From: a virus | Length of the DNA stretch: 64,000 nucleotides | Direction: 5' to 3' (one strand) | IMG/VR virus record: IMGVR_UViG_3300000976_000011 | Span: 32,001 to 96,000 of that record | The notes under the pieces: generated by a model | Told to the model about the DNA's origin: nothing | Database searches by the model: none | What the model saw: only the letters and a program-made list of their open reading frames with translations | Part shown: in pieces, positions 30,050 to 40,510 of the stretch | Numbering within the stretch: the first letter of the stretch is position 1 | How the letters are laid out: each line of letters begins with the position of its first letter | Made by a program: the position numbers and the translations under genes

Positions 30050-30164
30050 CGTCGGAAAGCATTTGCAAAGATCAATTAAGAAGAGAGGGCAGTTACCCGA
30101 GATCATAGGTTGATGCGCCAGGTAGCTCCTGAGAAGTTAGGTTCGAATCCAACTCCGACGGCCA
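30050..30164 (+). ncRNA. enlarged tRNA-like RNA B
   Basis: CGTCGGA/TCCGACG-G-CCA, GGTTCGAATCC T loop, CAGG-TAGCT-CCTG arm. Confidence 0.65.
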
Positions 30165-30390
30165 TTATGAAATATAAGTATGAAGTTAAAATAGTTCCTG
30201 AACTTCCTAATGGAATGGAACCCGCTTGCAGAGTTTTATCAGAAACTGAAGTATTATTTTTGATAGATATATCTTATAGAAAGGATAAAACTGAGAAAGA
30301 GATTGTTTCGAATCTGATGCAATTTACTAAAGGTTTTGTTAATCCTGCTTTAATTGTAAAAGTATTAAGAAATTATCAAAGGAATTTATT

Positions 30391-30705
30391 ATGAAAAAGA
30401 TTTTTATTTTATCCCTGATTATTTTATCAGGATGTGTAGAACCAAGTTTTAGATTTATACATACTAAAGCTAAAGTTTCAGAACAAGGTATTTGTATAGA
30501 AGACGAATGCTCATATAAAATAAAAACTGAATTAGGTGAAAATGATTTTATAAATATAAGAAGTCCCGCTTCGGTTGGTCAAACTGTTTATAAGATCTGT
30601 AGAAGTAAAAAGAATAAAATATATAATTGTGGTTGGTACGTAGAAAACGACCTAAGATATATTAATTTAGAAGAAAAACCAAGCTCGATTAGCTCAGTCA
30701 GGTAG
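30391..30705 (+). CDS. putative lipoprotein
   Basis: MKK + hydrophobic core + ILSGC lipobox; 3' end overlaps tRNA-Val. Confidence 0.6.
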   Translation: MKKIFILSLIILSGCVEPSFRFIHTKAKVSEQGICIEDECSYKIKTELGENDFINIRSPASVGQTVYKICRSKKNKIYNCGWYVENDLRYINLEEKPSSISSVR

Positions 30706-30760
30706 AGCTCTGTCCTTACAAGTCAGGTAAGCAATGGTTCGAATCCATTATCGAGTACCA
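30683..30760 (+). tRNA. tRNA-Val(TAC)
   Basis: CTTACAA loop, GCTCGAT/ATCGAGT, CCA. Confidence 0.88.
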
Positions 30761-31290
30761 ATTTTTACAATGAGTATATTATGTTCAAATTCTTCAAGAA
30801 GAAACCAAAATATCCCACCAAAAATAATCCTACCACTTTTGAAATACATAGTGGATGGGGAGATAATATCAGTTGGTTAAATACCGAACAATTTAATAAT
30901 TATACGGAAGATACCATCTTTAAAGTTTATGGTCATCTACCATTTGAATTTCCAGAAGTAGGCGATCTACTCGAAGGATATTTTGAATCAGGTGAAGTAA
31001 TGTTTAAATTTATAAAGGTTCAAAGAAAATCTGATCCTAGAGATATGTTTTTCGCAGAGGTTGTATTACATGAAGGTTAAAACTCTATATTCTGAATTAG
31101 AGATAATTCATAAAGGTGGACAAGAGCTAGTTGAGAGTTCAGTTGATGCTACGTTCCAAACGCGATTTGGCATTTGTTTATCTTTATTAAAGCCAATGGA
31201 ATTAGAAAGAACCAAATTCTTACAAGATATAATTGATGGAAAAATTAAAGGAGCTGAAGCTAGAAGAATAGCAATTCAGAAATTTACATA

Positions 31291-31737
31291 ATGAATAGTA
31301 TTCCTTTAGTCGCTTATAGCATTAATAATATGTATTTCATGGGAATTCAAGCTGGAATTCAAGCATATCATAGTTGTATAGAATTAGGTCAATTTTGCCA
31401 TAAACTAGGACCAGGAAACGAAAACCGATCTATTGGTAAATTACACTTTGACTTTCATGGTATTTATTCAGATTGGGCAGATAATCATAAAAGTGTATCT
31501 ATTCTTAATGGCGGTACTAGAAACAATCTTGAAGAACTTGCTAGTATTATAGAAAGATCATCATTTCCATCTAAAAGGTTTTATGAAAGGGATTGTTCTG
31601 AAGATGCATTTAGTAGTATCACGGTTGTATGTCCTAATGTCAGAGACATTTTGAAAAGAAAATATTTACACAAATTTATATCTAATGAAGATTATTGTAT
31701 GTTTGAACATTTAGTTTCATTGAGGGTCGCAACTTGA
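31291..31737 (+). CDS. peptidyl-tRNA hydrolase Pth2-fold-like phage protein
   Basis: NMY..GIQAGIQA.H, W....K...ILNGG, FYE.D pattern. Confidence 0.5.
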   Translation: MNSIPLVAYSINNMYFMGIQAGIQAYHSCIELGQFCHKLGPGNENRSIGKLHFDFHGIYSDWADNHKSVSILNGGTRNNLEELASIIERSSFPSKRFYERDCSEDAFSSITVVCPNVRDILKRKYLHKFISNEDYCMFEHLVSLRVAT

Positions 31738-32329
31738 AAAATCTCGAAGAATTAATGGATTATTTAAGCAGAATATCAAATAACTGGACTTTTAGTTTTT
31801 CCAATAATAAATATACTATATCAGCAAATAAAAATTCAAAAAAAATAATTATATCATCTACAACTTTGTATGATGGTTTAAATGAAATAATAGATAAAAT
31901 TGAAAACTAAAGAAAGATTATTAGAGATAGTATTTTTAATAGCTTTAGTTTATGTATCTTATCAAATTGGAAGTATTAATAATTTAGTTATAAATCATAT
32001 AGATGTAAGCAAAACCGCCTGTCAAAATGTTTTTAAGCCATTAATAGATAAGGAACTCAGTCAAGACATGATTCCTAAAGATAGATTATTTGATATATGA
32101 GTTTACAATATCAATTTAATGTTTTATAATAACTTATCAGTTAAATAATAGGTAATTAAATTATGAAATTTACAGATTATGATCTTTGGATAGAAAAATT
32201 AAATCAAATTTATGAAGATGGAATTATTTTTCCATTAGAACCTATTGGAAAACATTATTTTATGATAAATAATCGTATTGATAATGTTGTAGCAGAATGG
32301 GACATTTATTCTAATATCGGAACAATTAC

Positions 32330-32404
32330 GGGCCTCTAGCATAGTAGGTTAATGCACCCGACTCATAATCGGTAGAGTGATAGGTTCGAATCCTTCGGGG
32401 CCCA
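32330..32404 (+). tRNA. tRNA(CAT), probably Ile2 (lysidine type)
   Basis: GGGCCTC/GGGGCCC acceptor, CCGA-CTCATAA-TCGG; resembles bacterial Ile2; CCA not encoded. Confidence 0.8.
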
Positions 32405-32456
32405 TACTTATACAAAAAGTTCGATTGTTATAATTCGAACTTTTATAAATAATAGT

Positions 32457-33107
32457 ATGAAAAGAAAATACTATTTAATTTATAAAACCACCAATCTTAT
32501 CAATGGTAAAATTTATATAGGATGCCACAAGACCGACGACTTACAAGATTCATATCTGGGCTCTGGAAAAATATTAAATTATGCTATTAAAAAATATGGA
32601 AAAGAGAATTTTTCCAGAGAAATTATAGAAATATTTGATAATCCTGATGATATGTTTTCTTTAGAATCAACTTTAGTAAATCAAACGTTTGTGTTGAATG
32701 ATAAAAATTATAATATTATGAAAGGCGGCCACGGCGGCTGGGAATTTGTTAATAAAACTAAAAACTTTCATAAGCATAATAAAACTATATCTATTCTTGG
32801 CGGCAAGGCCTTTGCTAAAAAATTAAATAATTGTGAAAAAACTAAAGAAGCATTTAAAAATAATTTCATTGAAACTGGTAAGTTAGCATCTAAATTAAAA
32901 TATCCCAATGGTCTATTTTATGGTAGAAACCACTCAGATGAAACTAAAGCTCTTATGTCTGAGAAAGCCAAATTAAGAAAGGGAAATAAAAATTCCCAAT
33001 ATGGAACCAGGTGGATTCATAATCTGGACTTGAAAAAGTCCAAGAAGATAAAGAAAGAAGATCAAGTGCCAGAAGGCTGGTTACTTGGTAGAAAATTAAA
33101 GTTTTAA
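32457..33107 (+). mobile_element. GIY-YIG (Seg-like) homing endonuclease between tRNA genes
   Basis: LIYKTTNLINGKIYIGCH, YLGSG, FSREII, YNI..GG; TATAAATA 32444-32451. Confidence 0.9.
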
Positions 33108-33117
33108 TAAAAAATGA

Positions 33118-33195
33118 GTGCTAGTGGCTGAGTGGTCCAAGGCAACAGCTTGCAAACCTGTAAAACCGTCAGTTCGAATCTGACCTAGTACTCCA
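33118..33195 (+). tRNA. tRNA-Cys(GCA)
   Basis: GTGCTAG/CTAGTAC-T-CCA, TTGCAAA loop. Confidence 0.85.
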
Positions 33196-33219
33196 ATTTA
33201 ATAATGAGAAATTTATATA

Positions 33220-33690
33220 ATGTTTAATTTTACCGAAAAACAAGAAATTATAGAATATTTACAAAATACCGAAGGCAATGTATATATTGGTTGTGATTCA
33301 GTACGTAAAAAGGCTAGAGATCATATTACTTGGGTAGCTGAATATAGCGTGACTTTTTGCGTGCATATTAATAATGCTAATGGTTGTAAAATTTTTTATT
33401 ATAAGGAAAAAGAACCCATTTTTGGTGATCCAAAGAAACCTGGTCAAAGACTTATGAATGAAGTCTTTAAAACTGTAGAATTGTATAAAGAATTTGAATA
33501 TGAACTTATTGATAGAGATGTTGAAATTCATCTAGACGTTAATCCTTTAGACGAATTTGCTTCTTCTAAGGTTGTAAAACAGGCTAAAGGATATGTATTA
33601 GGAGTAATTGGAATAGATCCACAGTTAAAGCCTGATGCTTATGCCGCAAGTTATGCAGCTGATCATGCCGCAAGGAATAAGAAATTTTAA
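33220..33690 (+). CDS. YkuK/DUF458 RNase H-fold protein
   Basis: YIGCDS, EIHLDVN, LKPDAYAASYAADH. Confidence 0.8.
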   Translation: MFNFTEKQEIIEYLQNTEGNVYIGCDSVRKKARDHITWVAEYSVTFCVHINNANGCKIFYYKEKEPIFGDPKKPGQRLMNEVFKTVELYKEFEYELIDRDVEIHLDVNPLDEFASSKVVKQAKGYVLGVIGIDPQLKPDAYAASYAADHAARNKKF

Positions 33691-33691
33691 T

Positions 33692-34321
33692 ATGAAACCT
33701 ATATTACTTAATAATATTTTTAAAGATGATAAAAATTTTAAAGAAGATTATGGTTATTCTAATTGGTTTGAATTTATAGATCAAACGACCCAATGGATAA
33801 ATGTTGGTGCTCCTAGAGACGAATGTTTTATGGCTGCTCCTAAATTTGTTCCTATTGAAATAACTGATAATAGTTCATTTTTAGGAAATCTTCAAACTAA
33901 TGAATGGCCTCTAAAATATTCTTATAGACCTGGAAAATTCTATGAATCTTTAAAAATGTCATTCGCTGTTGAAAATATAATGAGGTATTTAAATAATGTG
34001 ACTAATTGTGAATACGACATTTGTTTCTTAAATAGATATGAAGATGAGACCAAACATTTAGGTTGGCATGCTGATGATAGCCCAGAGATGGACCAAAGTC
34101 ATCCTATAGCTTCAGTATCATTTGGAGCCGAAAGAGAAATTTGGATTAAAGAACAAGACTTTAAAGGAGCCATTCCTGAAGAAAATAAGTATTTACTTTT
34201 AGATGGTTCTTGTTTTATAATGCCACCTGGATTTCAACAGAAATACTATCACAAAATACCTAAGGTAGGTAATAAGTGTGATCCAAGAATCAGTTTAACT
34301 TTTAGGAAATTTAATATATGA
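33692..34321 (+). CDS. AlkB-family 2OG-Fe(II) dioxygenase (probable start 33692)
   Basis: LNRY, GWHADD, IASVSFGAER, HKIPK, RISLTFR. Confidence 0.88.
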   Translation: MKPILLNNIFKDDKNFKEDYGYSNWFEFIDQTTQWINVGAPRDECFMAAPKFVPIEITDNSSFLGNLQTNEWPLKYSYRPGKFYESLKMSFAVENIMRYLNNVTNCEYDICFLNRYEDETKHLGWHADDSPEMDQSHPIASVSFGAEREIWIKEQDFKGAIPEENKYLLLDGSCFIMPPGFQQKYYHKIPKVGNKCDPRISLTFRKFNI

Positions 34322-34517
34322 ATACATTAACTTTATTTTTAATAGTTTATTTTTCTTTTTCTATTATAGCCACATTTTATTTTATAAGATATTCTTGGGT
34401 TTTATCCAAGAAACAAAATTTTAAAGAATGGTTTAAAGTACAAGATAAAAGCATTTATATAGGTGTTTTCTTTGTGGCTCCATTAATCTCAATATACATA
34501 TTTTTTAAAGGTGATAA

Positions 34518-35381
34518 ATGAATAATTTTGAATTTCAACCCGAACTTAAAGTAGATTTTTTAACTTTTAGCGACGGCGCTGAACATGTGCAATTAGATCC
34601 TAATTCTGTTTATACTTCAATGGATCTATATGCGAATTTAAATTCATCTCAAAACATAATGAGATTTTTCTTACTTATTGAAGCTCTTAATGAAGTACAA
34701 AAACAAGATGGTCATGTAGGAAATCTTACAGTTGATATGCCTTATTTACCATATGCAAGACAAGATCGACACTGCGCCCCTGGACAGTCATTTGCTTTAG
34801 ATGTCTTTATGGGACTATTGTCTAGAGCAGTATATAATTGTGAAAACTTAAATATAATTTTTGATGTTGAAGATTTACACAGCGATGTAGCTTTAGAATT
34901 AGCTGAAACTTGGAGCTTACAATTCAATCACCACACCCAACTAGATGCCATCAAGCAAGATGAAGAAGTAAAAGCATTTGTACAAGATTGTGATGTAGTA
35001 ATATCTCCTGATGCTGGTGCTACTAATAAATCAGCTGAGATAGCTAATTATTTAGAAATTTGGCATTTTGCTTCTAGTAAAAAGAGAGATCCAAAAACTG
35101 GATATATCACAAAAACAGATGTCCATTGCTCTCATGCACCAGAGTACGTAAAAGATAAAAATGTTCTTATTTGTGATGATATATGTGACGGTGGAATGAC
35201 TTTCAACCTGCTAGCCGATGAATTGAAAAAGTATGAACCAGCTAGTATAAATTTATTAATCTCACATGGAATTTTTAGCAAAGGAATTGATACATTAAGA
35301 GAAAATTTTGATTCTTTAATGGTTCTTAATTGTATGAATGATGATTTAGAAGATGATGAATTTTTAACGATTATTAGTTAA
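34518..35381 (+). CDS. prs: ribose-phosphate pyrophosphokinase-like (NARP1 Adps candidate)
   Basis: FSDGAE, MPYLPYARQDR, DLHS, SPDAGA, DDICDGGMTF, HGIFSKG. Confidence 0.9.
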   Translation: MNNFEFQPELKVDFLTFSDGAEHVQLDPNSVYTSMDLYANLNSSQNIMRFFLLIEALNEVQKQDGHVGNLTVDMPYLPYARQDRHCAPGQSFALDVFMGLLSRAVYNCENLNIIFDVEDLHSDVALELAETWSLQFNHHTQLDAIKQDEEVKAFVQDCDVVISPDAGATNKSAEIANYLEIWHFASSKKRDPKTGYITKTDVHCSHAPEYVKDKNVLICDDICDGGMTFNLLADELKKYEPASINLLISHGIFSKGIDTLRENFDSLMVLNCMNDDLEDDEFLTIIS

Positions 35382-35565
35382 TAAAATCAAAGCCTAAATC
35401 TTTAAACGATTGTCCTATACAATCAGTTCCTAAACTTGTTAGATATTTTGATCGATGATAAGATTTATTAGTAACTAGCTTATTTGAATTTTTAACTCGA
35501 TTAAGTTTCTTAACCTGATTTATTATGTTATAATATCTGTCACTAAATTTATTTTTAATTAACAT
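35374..35565 (-). pseudogene. mini-HNH: N- and C-termini fused in frame, nuclease core deleted (63 aa)
   Basis: NKF..YYNII...KLNRVKNS joined to ...IGQSFKDLGFDF; intact TATAAATA at 35571-35578. Confidence 0.75.
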
Positions 35566-35936
35566 ATAACTATTTATACAATATGAAAAAAGTAACAAAG
35601 AAAGAACGTAAACGTCAAGGTAGAAATGCCTTTGTTAGAAACATTTTAGCAAATGGCCGGAGTTTTACATTAGGAAACGAATTGTATGTTAGAGGATTAC
35701 CTCAAACTGGCTCTAAAGGATATATGGTAGAAATGCCTATTGTAAGAGTTTCTTATGGAACATCTTAAATGCTCTGGCAGTATGAAGGCGGCTGCTATAC
35801 AAGTCGCTTGCGATTTCGAAGTTCGTATGAACCAGCCTGGTATAGATTCAAGGTCAGTTACAGATGATGAAGTTCGTATGGCAATTTTGGTAGCTTACAT
35901 TCAAGAATTAGAAGAACAATTAACAAGGAAACACTA

Positions 35937-37649
35937 ATGGAAATTAATTACAAAAATCCTATTTTTCATACAGATTTTTACAAAACAGGCCACCTTAAAC
36001 AGTATCCTGAAGGTACTGAATTTGTCTATTCAAATTTTACTCCTAGATCAGATAAAATTGCTCGAAGAAATGGCGATGTCCTAAAAGATTTCGATGGTAG
36101 AGTAGTAAATTTCGGATTACAAGGCATTATTGTAGAATTTTTAATAGAATCATTTAATGAACACTTTTTCGGTGTGTCTATGATGAAAGCTATTGAAGCT
36201 TATCAATTTGTAATGGATAGCGCATTAGGTCCTAATGTTGTTACTTCAGAACATTTAGAAGAATTGTGGGAATTTGGTAGCTTACCTTTAGAAATTAAAG
36301 CTTTACCTGAAGGTGCAAGAGTACCAGTAGGTGTTCCATTATTTACAATTATTAATACGGATGAAAGATTCTACTGGTTAGTAAATTATTTAGAGACCGT
36401 ATTATCTTCTGAGTTATGGCAATCATGTACTAGTGCTACAATCGCCTATGAATATAAGCGATTATTATCTTATTATGCTAATAAAACTGGCGTTCCTCCT
36501 GAATTCGTTGCTATTCAAGGCCACGATTTTTCTTTTAGAGGATTAAGTTCAAGATTTAGCGCTGTAAAATCAGCCATTGGCCACTTAACAAGTTTTATTG
36601 GAACAGATACTATACCAGCTATTCCATATCTGATGCAATATTATGGAGCAACAAATGATATTATGCCTATTGGTGTAAGTGTTCCTGCTACTGAGCACAG
36701 TGTTATGTGTTTAGGTGGCCAAGAAACTGAAATTGATACTGTCCGTCGACTAATTGTTGATAAGTACAACTCAGGCGTGATATCGGTAGTATCTGATACA
36801 TGGGATTATTGGCAACTTCTTACAAAATTTACGACAGAATTGAAGCCTGAAATTCTAGCTAGAGAAGCCGATGCTAATGGTCTATCTAAAGTAGTTTTTA
36901 GGCCTGATAGTGGAAATCCTGTAGATATTATTTGCGGTTTAGATTTTCAAGACTTTGACAAGCAGATAGAGCTAGGTTTAGTTGATAAACATAGTGTGTA
37001 TATGGATTCCATGGCTATATGTAGTCCTTTATCTGATTATAATGATCAAAACTACTTATCAATAGATGCTGTTAAATATGAAGATAAGTTCTATTCAGTA
37101 GAAAATGGGTCAATACGATGGAAGAAAGAGATTCCATGTCATGTTGTAAAAGGTTCTGTAGAAGTTTTATGGGATATATTTGAAGGAAATGTTAACGATA
37201 AAGGTTATAAAGAATTAAATGATAAAGTTGGCCTAATTTATGGTGATTCTATTACTATTTCTAGAGCTGAAGAAATTCTAAGAAAATTAGAAGCTAAAGG
37301 TTTTGCATCTAGCAATATCGTTTTTGGTATTGGTTCATATACATATCAATATAACACTCGAGATACTTTTGGTTTTGCCATGAAAGCTACTTGGGGAGTT
37401 GTTAATGGAGAAGAAAGAGAAATCTTTAAGGATCCTAAGACTGATGATGGTACTAAAAAATCAGCTAAAGGTCTTTTAAGTGTTGGAACCGATAATGAAT
37501 ATGATGAAACTATTAATTATGTATTAGTAGATCAATGTGAAAAATCAACTGAAGAAATCGGCTACTTAGAAACTATATTTTTAAATGGTAAATTAATTAA
37601 AGAAACTAGTTTACAAGAAGTTCGCGATAGATTAGAATCTAGCAAATAG
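35937..37649 (+). CDS. nadV: nicotinamide phosphoribosyltransferase-like (NARP1 Namat candidate)
   Basis: TDFYKTGH, HDFSFRG, VPATEHSVM, SVVSDTWD, RPDSG, IYGDSIT, KDPKTD..KKSAKG. Confidence 0.92.
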   Translation: MEINYKNPIFHTDFYKTGHLKQYPEGTEFVYSNFTPRSDKIARRNGDVLKDFDGRVVNFGLQGIIVEFLIESFNEHFFGVSMMKAIEAYQFVMDSALGPNVVTSEHLEELWEFGSLPLEIKALPEGARVPVGVPLFTIINTDERFYWLVNYLETVLSSELWQSCTSATIAYEYKRLLSYYANKTGVPPEFVAIQGHDFSFRGLSSRFSAVKSAIGHLTSFIGTDTIPAIPYLMQYYGATNDIMPIGVSVPATEHSVMCLGGQETEIDTVRRLIVDKYNSGVISVVSDTWDYWQLLTKFTTELKPEILAREADANGLSKVVFRPDSGNPVDIICGLDFQDFDKQIELGLVDKHSVYMDSMAICSPLSDYNDQNYLSIDAVKYEDKFYSVENGSIRWKKEIPCHVVKGSVEVLWDIFEGNVNDKGYKELNDKVGLIYGDSITISRAEEILRKLEAKGFASSNIVFGIGSYTYQYNTRDTFGFAMKATWGVVNGEEREIFKDPKTDDGTKKSAKGLLSVGTDNEYDETINYVLVDQCEKSTEEIGYLETIFLNGKLIKETSLQEVRDRLESSK

Positions 37650-37661
37650 GAGAAAGTAAAA

Positions 37662-38762
37662 ATGAATATTGAAGAATTATGTAAATTAACCGATGAATTA
37701 TTTTGTGAAAATGGTGGTCCTTTATATGAGAGTGATCTAACTCTTGAAAGATTAAGAGCTTCAGCTAAAGCCGATTGGATTCAAAAATATCCTGAAAAGA
37801 TTGAGAAAATAAATGAAAATTACAAAATCTTACAAGAAAATGATGTTGAATTCTTCTTGGAGCACCAATGGGGCGGCGAAGATCAAGGCTCTTCATATGG
37901 AGTAGTTTGGAAAGTAGTTCATGAAGGAACTCCGCATCTTATTATGAAAACAGCATGGTACGCTTCACACTATGGAACTGACGACTGGACGGATGCTAAA
38001 GTAGCTACGCCTAAAGAAGTAACAACAATTGAGTATGAATAATGAAAGTAGAAAGAATTTTAGAATTAATACAAATAGTATCAGATTTTGATGATTATGA
38101 ATATGAATCTTGGACGATTAAAGATCTTCGTGAATATAGTGAACATTTAGATCATTATGATGTTTCTGAAGAGCAATATAATGAATTAGTCGACGAATTA
38201 GAAAATTTTGGTGCTCATTTAGAGCAAAAAGATCAATGGGGTGGCGAAGATGAGGGCTCCAGTTATGGAGTAGTTTTTAAAGTCGGTCCTTATTTTTTCA
38301 GAGGTGAAAATACTTATGCATCTCACGCCGGTTTAATTGGTGAGTGGGATGTTAAACAAGTATTTGCTAAAGTAGTGGAACAAACAATTTATGAATAGTC
38401 AAACCGTTGAGTCTAGGATCATTCAGATCCTAGACCTTATAGTAGTTTCTGATGATTTAGCTGAGAATTTAGATAGAGAAAAATGCTTAGAATATTCTGA
38501 ATGGTATGATGCAAAATCTAGATTTATGACTGCCTGGCATATCTGGGCTGATTTTAAAGATTTAGAATTAACTTTAGTTGAATCTAAAGGTGGATATGAA
38601 GAATTAGAAGGAGATTGGCATGCTATTTGGTCAGTTCAGATAGATAATGAAATAGTTTATTTTAAAAAGTCTGCCCAATATTATAGTCATATTGGTTTAG
38701 ATAATATAGGGAAAGCTAAACAAGTATTTGCTACAGAAGTAACTAAATTGGAATTTCACTAA
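37662..38762 (+). repeat. three tandem paralogous small acidic genes (37662-38042, 38042-38398, 38391-38762)
   Basis: Shared GGE..G....VW.V...Y.SH.G...V...EV....YE pattern. Confidence 0.8.
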
Positions 38763-38972
38763 TGTTTGAAGGAATAAAGAATTAGAAAAAGATGTTGATA
38801 GAGCCAGAACTAGACAAAAAAATAATGGTTATGGCGATGAAACTCTTAGAGAAGATTATGAAATTTACTCTAATGATTCTACAGCAACATTGGAAATAGA
38901 CTATTGCGCAAGATGTCGCACTTGCGATTTCGAATTTTTCTATAAAAAATCAATTAATATGATGGCATCAAA

Positions 38973-39935
38973 ATGATAAATATAAAACTTCCAGTTGAAG
39001 GTAAATTTCTATTAACTGGTTCTAGAGCTTTAGGAACTAGAATTGCTAAAGATATAGATTTCATTTGTCACAGTTCCCAATTATTAGGTGATAACTGGTC
39101 TTTTTCTGATGGTATGTATGCTGCATCAAAAGATAATTATGATGTCATTTTAACAGATAATCATCCATCTTTAGAAAATTTAATTAAATTGTTTGGAAAG
39201 AAGAAAGCTTATAGATCTCCTGAAGTTTTATTTGTATTAAAAGCATCACATATTCATATACCAAGAAGAAATTGGTTTAATGATATTCAAGATTATACAA
39301 TTTTAAAAAATGAATTATATAGAGAATATTTTCATAAACAATCTGGCTTAATTCAAAATAGATTAGGAAGACTTATTATCGATTTCAAAAATGAATTAGA
39401 TAATTTGAATAATACTCATCAGATGAAACTAAATGTAACTAAAGATGAGTTCTTTAATGACGGTGTTGTTAAATTTATAGATCATGATATTTTGCATGAA
39501 ATGTTTGCTCATGAAGACGAACCGATATACAAAAAGACACAAACCGACCAAGCAGAAGTATTCTGTTCAAAAAGTTTGTGGGATCTATTAAGCTATCAAC
39601 AAAAGATCCACATGGTATTGGAGGAGACTTATGTGATCGCTGCTGAAAGATTCGTTATACCTAGAATGGTTTCTGGATATGCTGAAGTAAATTCTTTATA
39701 TGAAAGCGACCATATGCATAAAGGGGCTATCTATTTTAACGGAGATCCAGGTAATTTACATCTACAAACTATTCTTAATGCATTAAAGAAAGTGTGTACT
39801 TCTTTGTCTTCTGGTTATTTTCGTGAGTTCTCTATAAATAATTATTATGAGATATGTAATAATATAGACATGACTTATTTTAGAAGTGTTTGTTCTATAA
39901 TCCACAACGAAGGTAAAATATATGACTCGCTATAA
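38973..39935 (+). CDS. conserved phage protein with N-terminal Pol-beta-like nucleotidyltransferase motif
   Basis: LLTGSRAL...DID; FFND.V....DHD.LHE. Confidence 0.5.
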   Translation: MINIKLPVEGKFLLTGSRALGTRIAKDIDFICHSSQLLGDNWSFSDGMYAASKDNYDVILTDNHPSLENLIKLFGKKKAYRSPEVLFVLKASHIHIPRRNWFNDIQDYTILKNELYREYFHKQSGLIQNRLGRLIIDFKNELDNLNNTHQMKLNVTKDEFFNDGVVKFIDHDILHEMFAHEDEPIYKKTQTDQAEVFCSKSLWDLLSYQQKIHMVLEETYVIAAERFVIPRMVSGYAEVNSLYESDHMHKGAIYFNGDPGNLHLQTILNALKKVCTSLSSGYFREFSINNYYEICNNIDMTYFRSVCSIIHNEGKIYDSL

Positions 39936-40434
39936 AATCTTATTAATTCTATTTACTGCCGCAGCATTGTTCTTTGGTTATCTATTAATCGCTGGAGCTG
40001 AAGAAACAGGACCAACTACCGATGAAATTTGTTTAGCTCAAAATATTTATCATGAAGCTAGAGGAGAAAGTGCTTTTGGTCAGCTCATGGTAGCTTTAGT
40101 CACAATCAATCGTTTAAATTCTGATATTGCTCCATTTAATAAATATAAATCTATATGTGATGTAGTATTTGATGGCGGGTATGGACCCACAGGAGCAACT
40201 ACGTGTCAGTTTGCTTGGACCTGCGATTCTATTCCTGACTTTTTACCTAAGCATTACATGAAACAAGTAAAAGAAAATCTATTACCTATTTTAGAAACTT
40301 CTACTTTAGATGATTGTTATCTTTATTATCACGCAGATGATGGCAGAGAAAGAGGATGGATTCAAAGAGGCGGTTTAACAGATCCCTTAAAAGTAGGTAA
40401 TCATCTATTTTATAAGGATCCTTCTTGTAAATAA
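39922..40434 (+). CDS. SleB-like cell wall hydrolase (Hydrolase_2)
   Basis: CLAQNIYHEARGES..GQ..VA.V..NR, CQFAW, GNHLFY. Confidence 0.9.
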   Translation: MTRYKILLILFTAAALFFGYLLIAGAEETGPTTDEICLAQNIYHEARGESAFGQLMVALVTINRLNSDIAPFNKYKSICDVVFDGGYGPTGATTCQFAWTCDSIPDFLPKHYMKQVKENLLPILETSTLDDCYLYYHADDGRERGWIQRGGLTDPLKVGNHLFYKDPSCK

Positions 40435-40440
40435 TTTTAT

Positions 40441-40510
40441 GCCTAGTCCTTTGGAAGGAAGCGAGACTCCAAATCTTGCTAACGGGGTTCGATTCCCTGA
40501 CTGGGTGCCA
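40441..40510 (+). tRNA. tRNA-Trp(CCA), compact D region
   Basis: CGAGA-CTCCAAA-TCTTG, GGTTCGATTCC, CCA; 70 nt. Confidence 0.8.

Noticed and set aside
29918-30167. ORF 29918-30106 and the N-terminal part of ORF 30110-30394
   Set aside because: They overlap tRNA-like RNAs; the real CDS likely starts at ATG 30167
36930-37150. Intein in the NAMPT-like gene
   Set aside because: The insertion is short and lacks a terminal His-Asn followed by Cys/Ser/Thr
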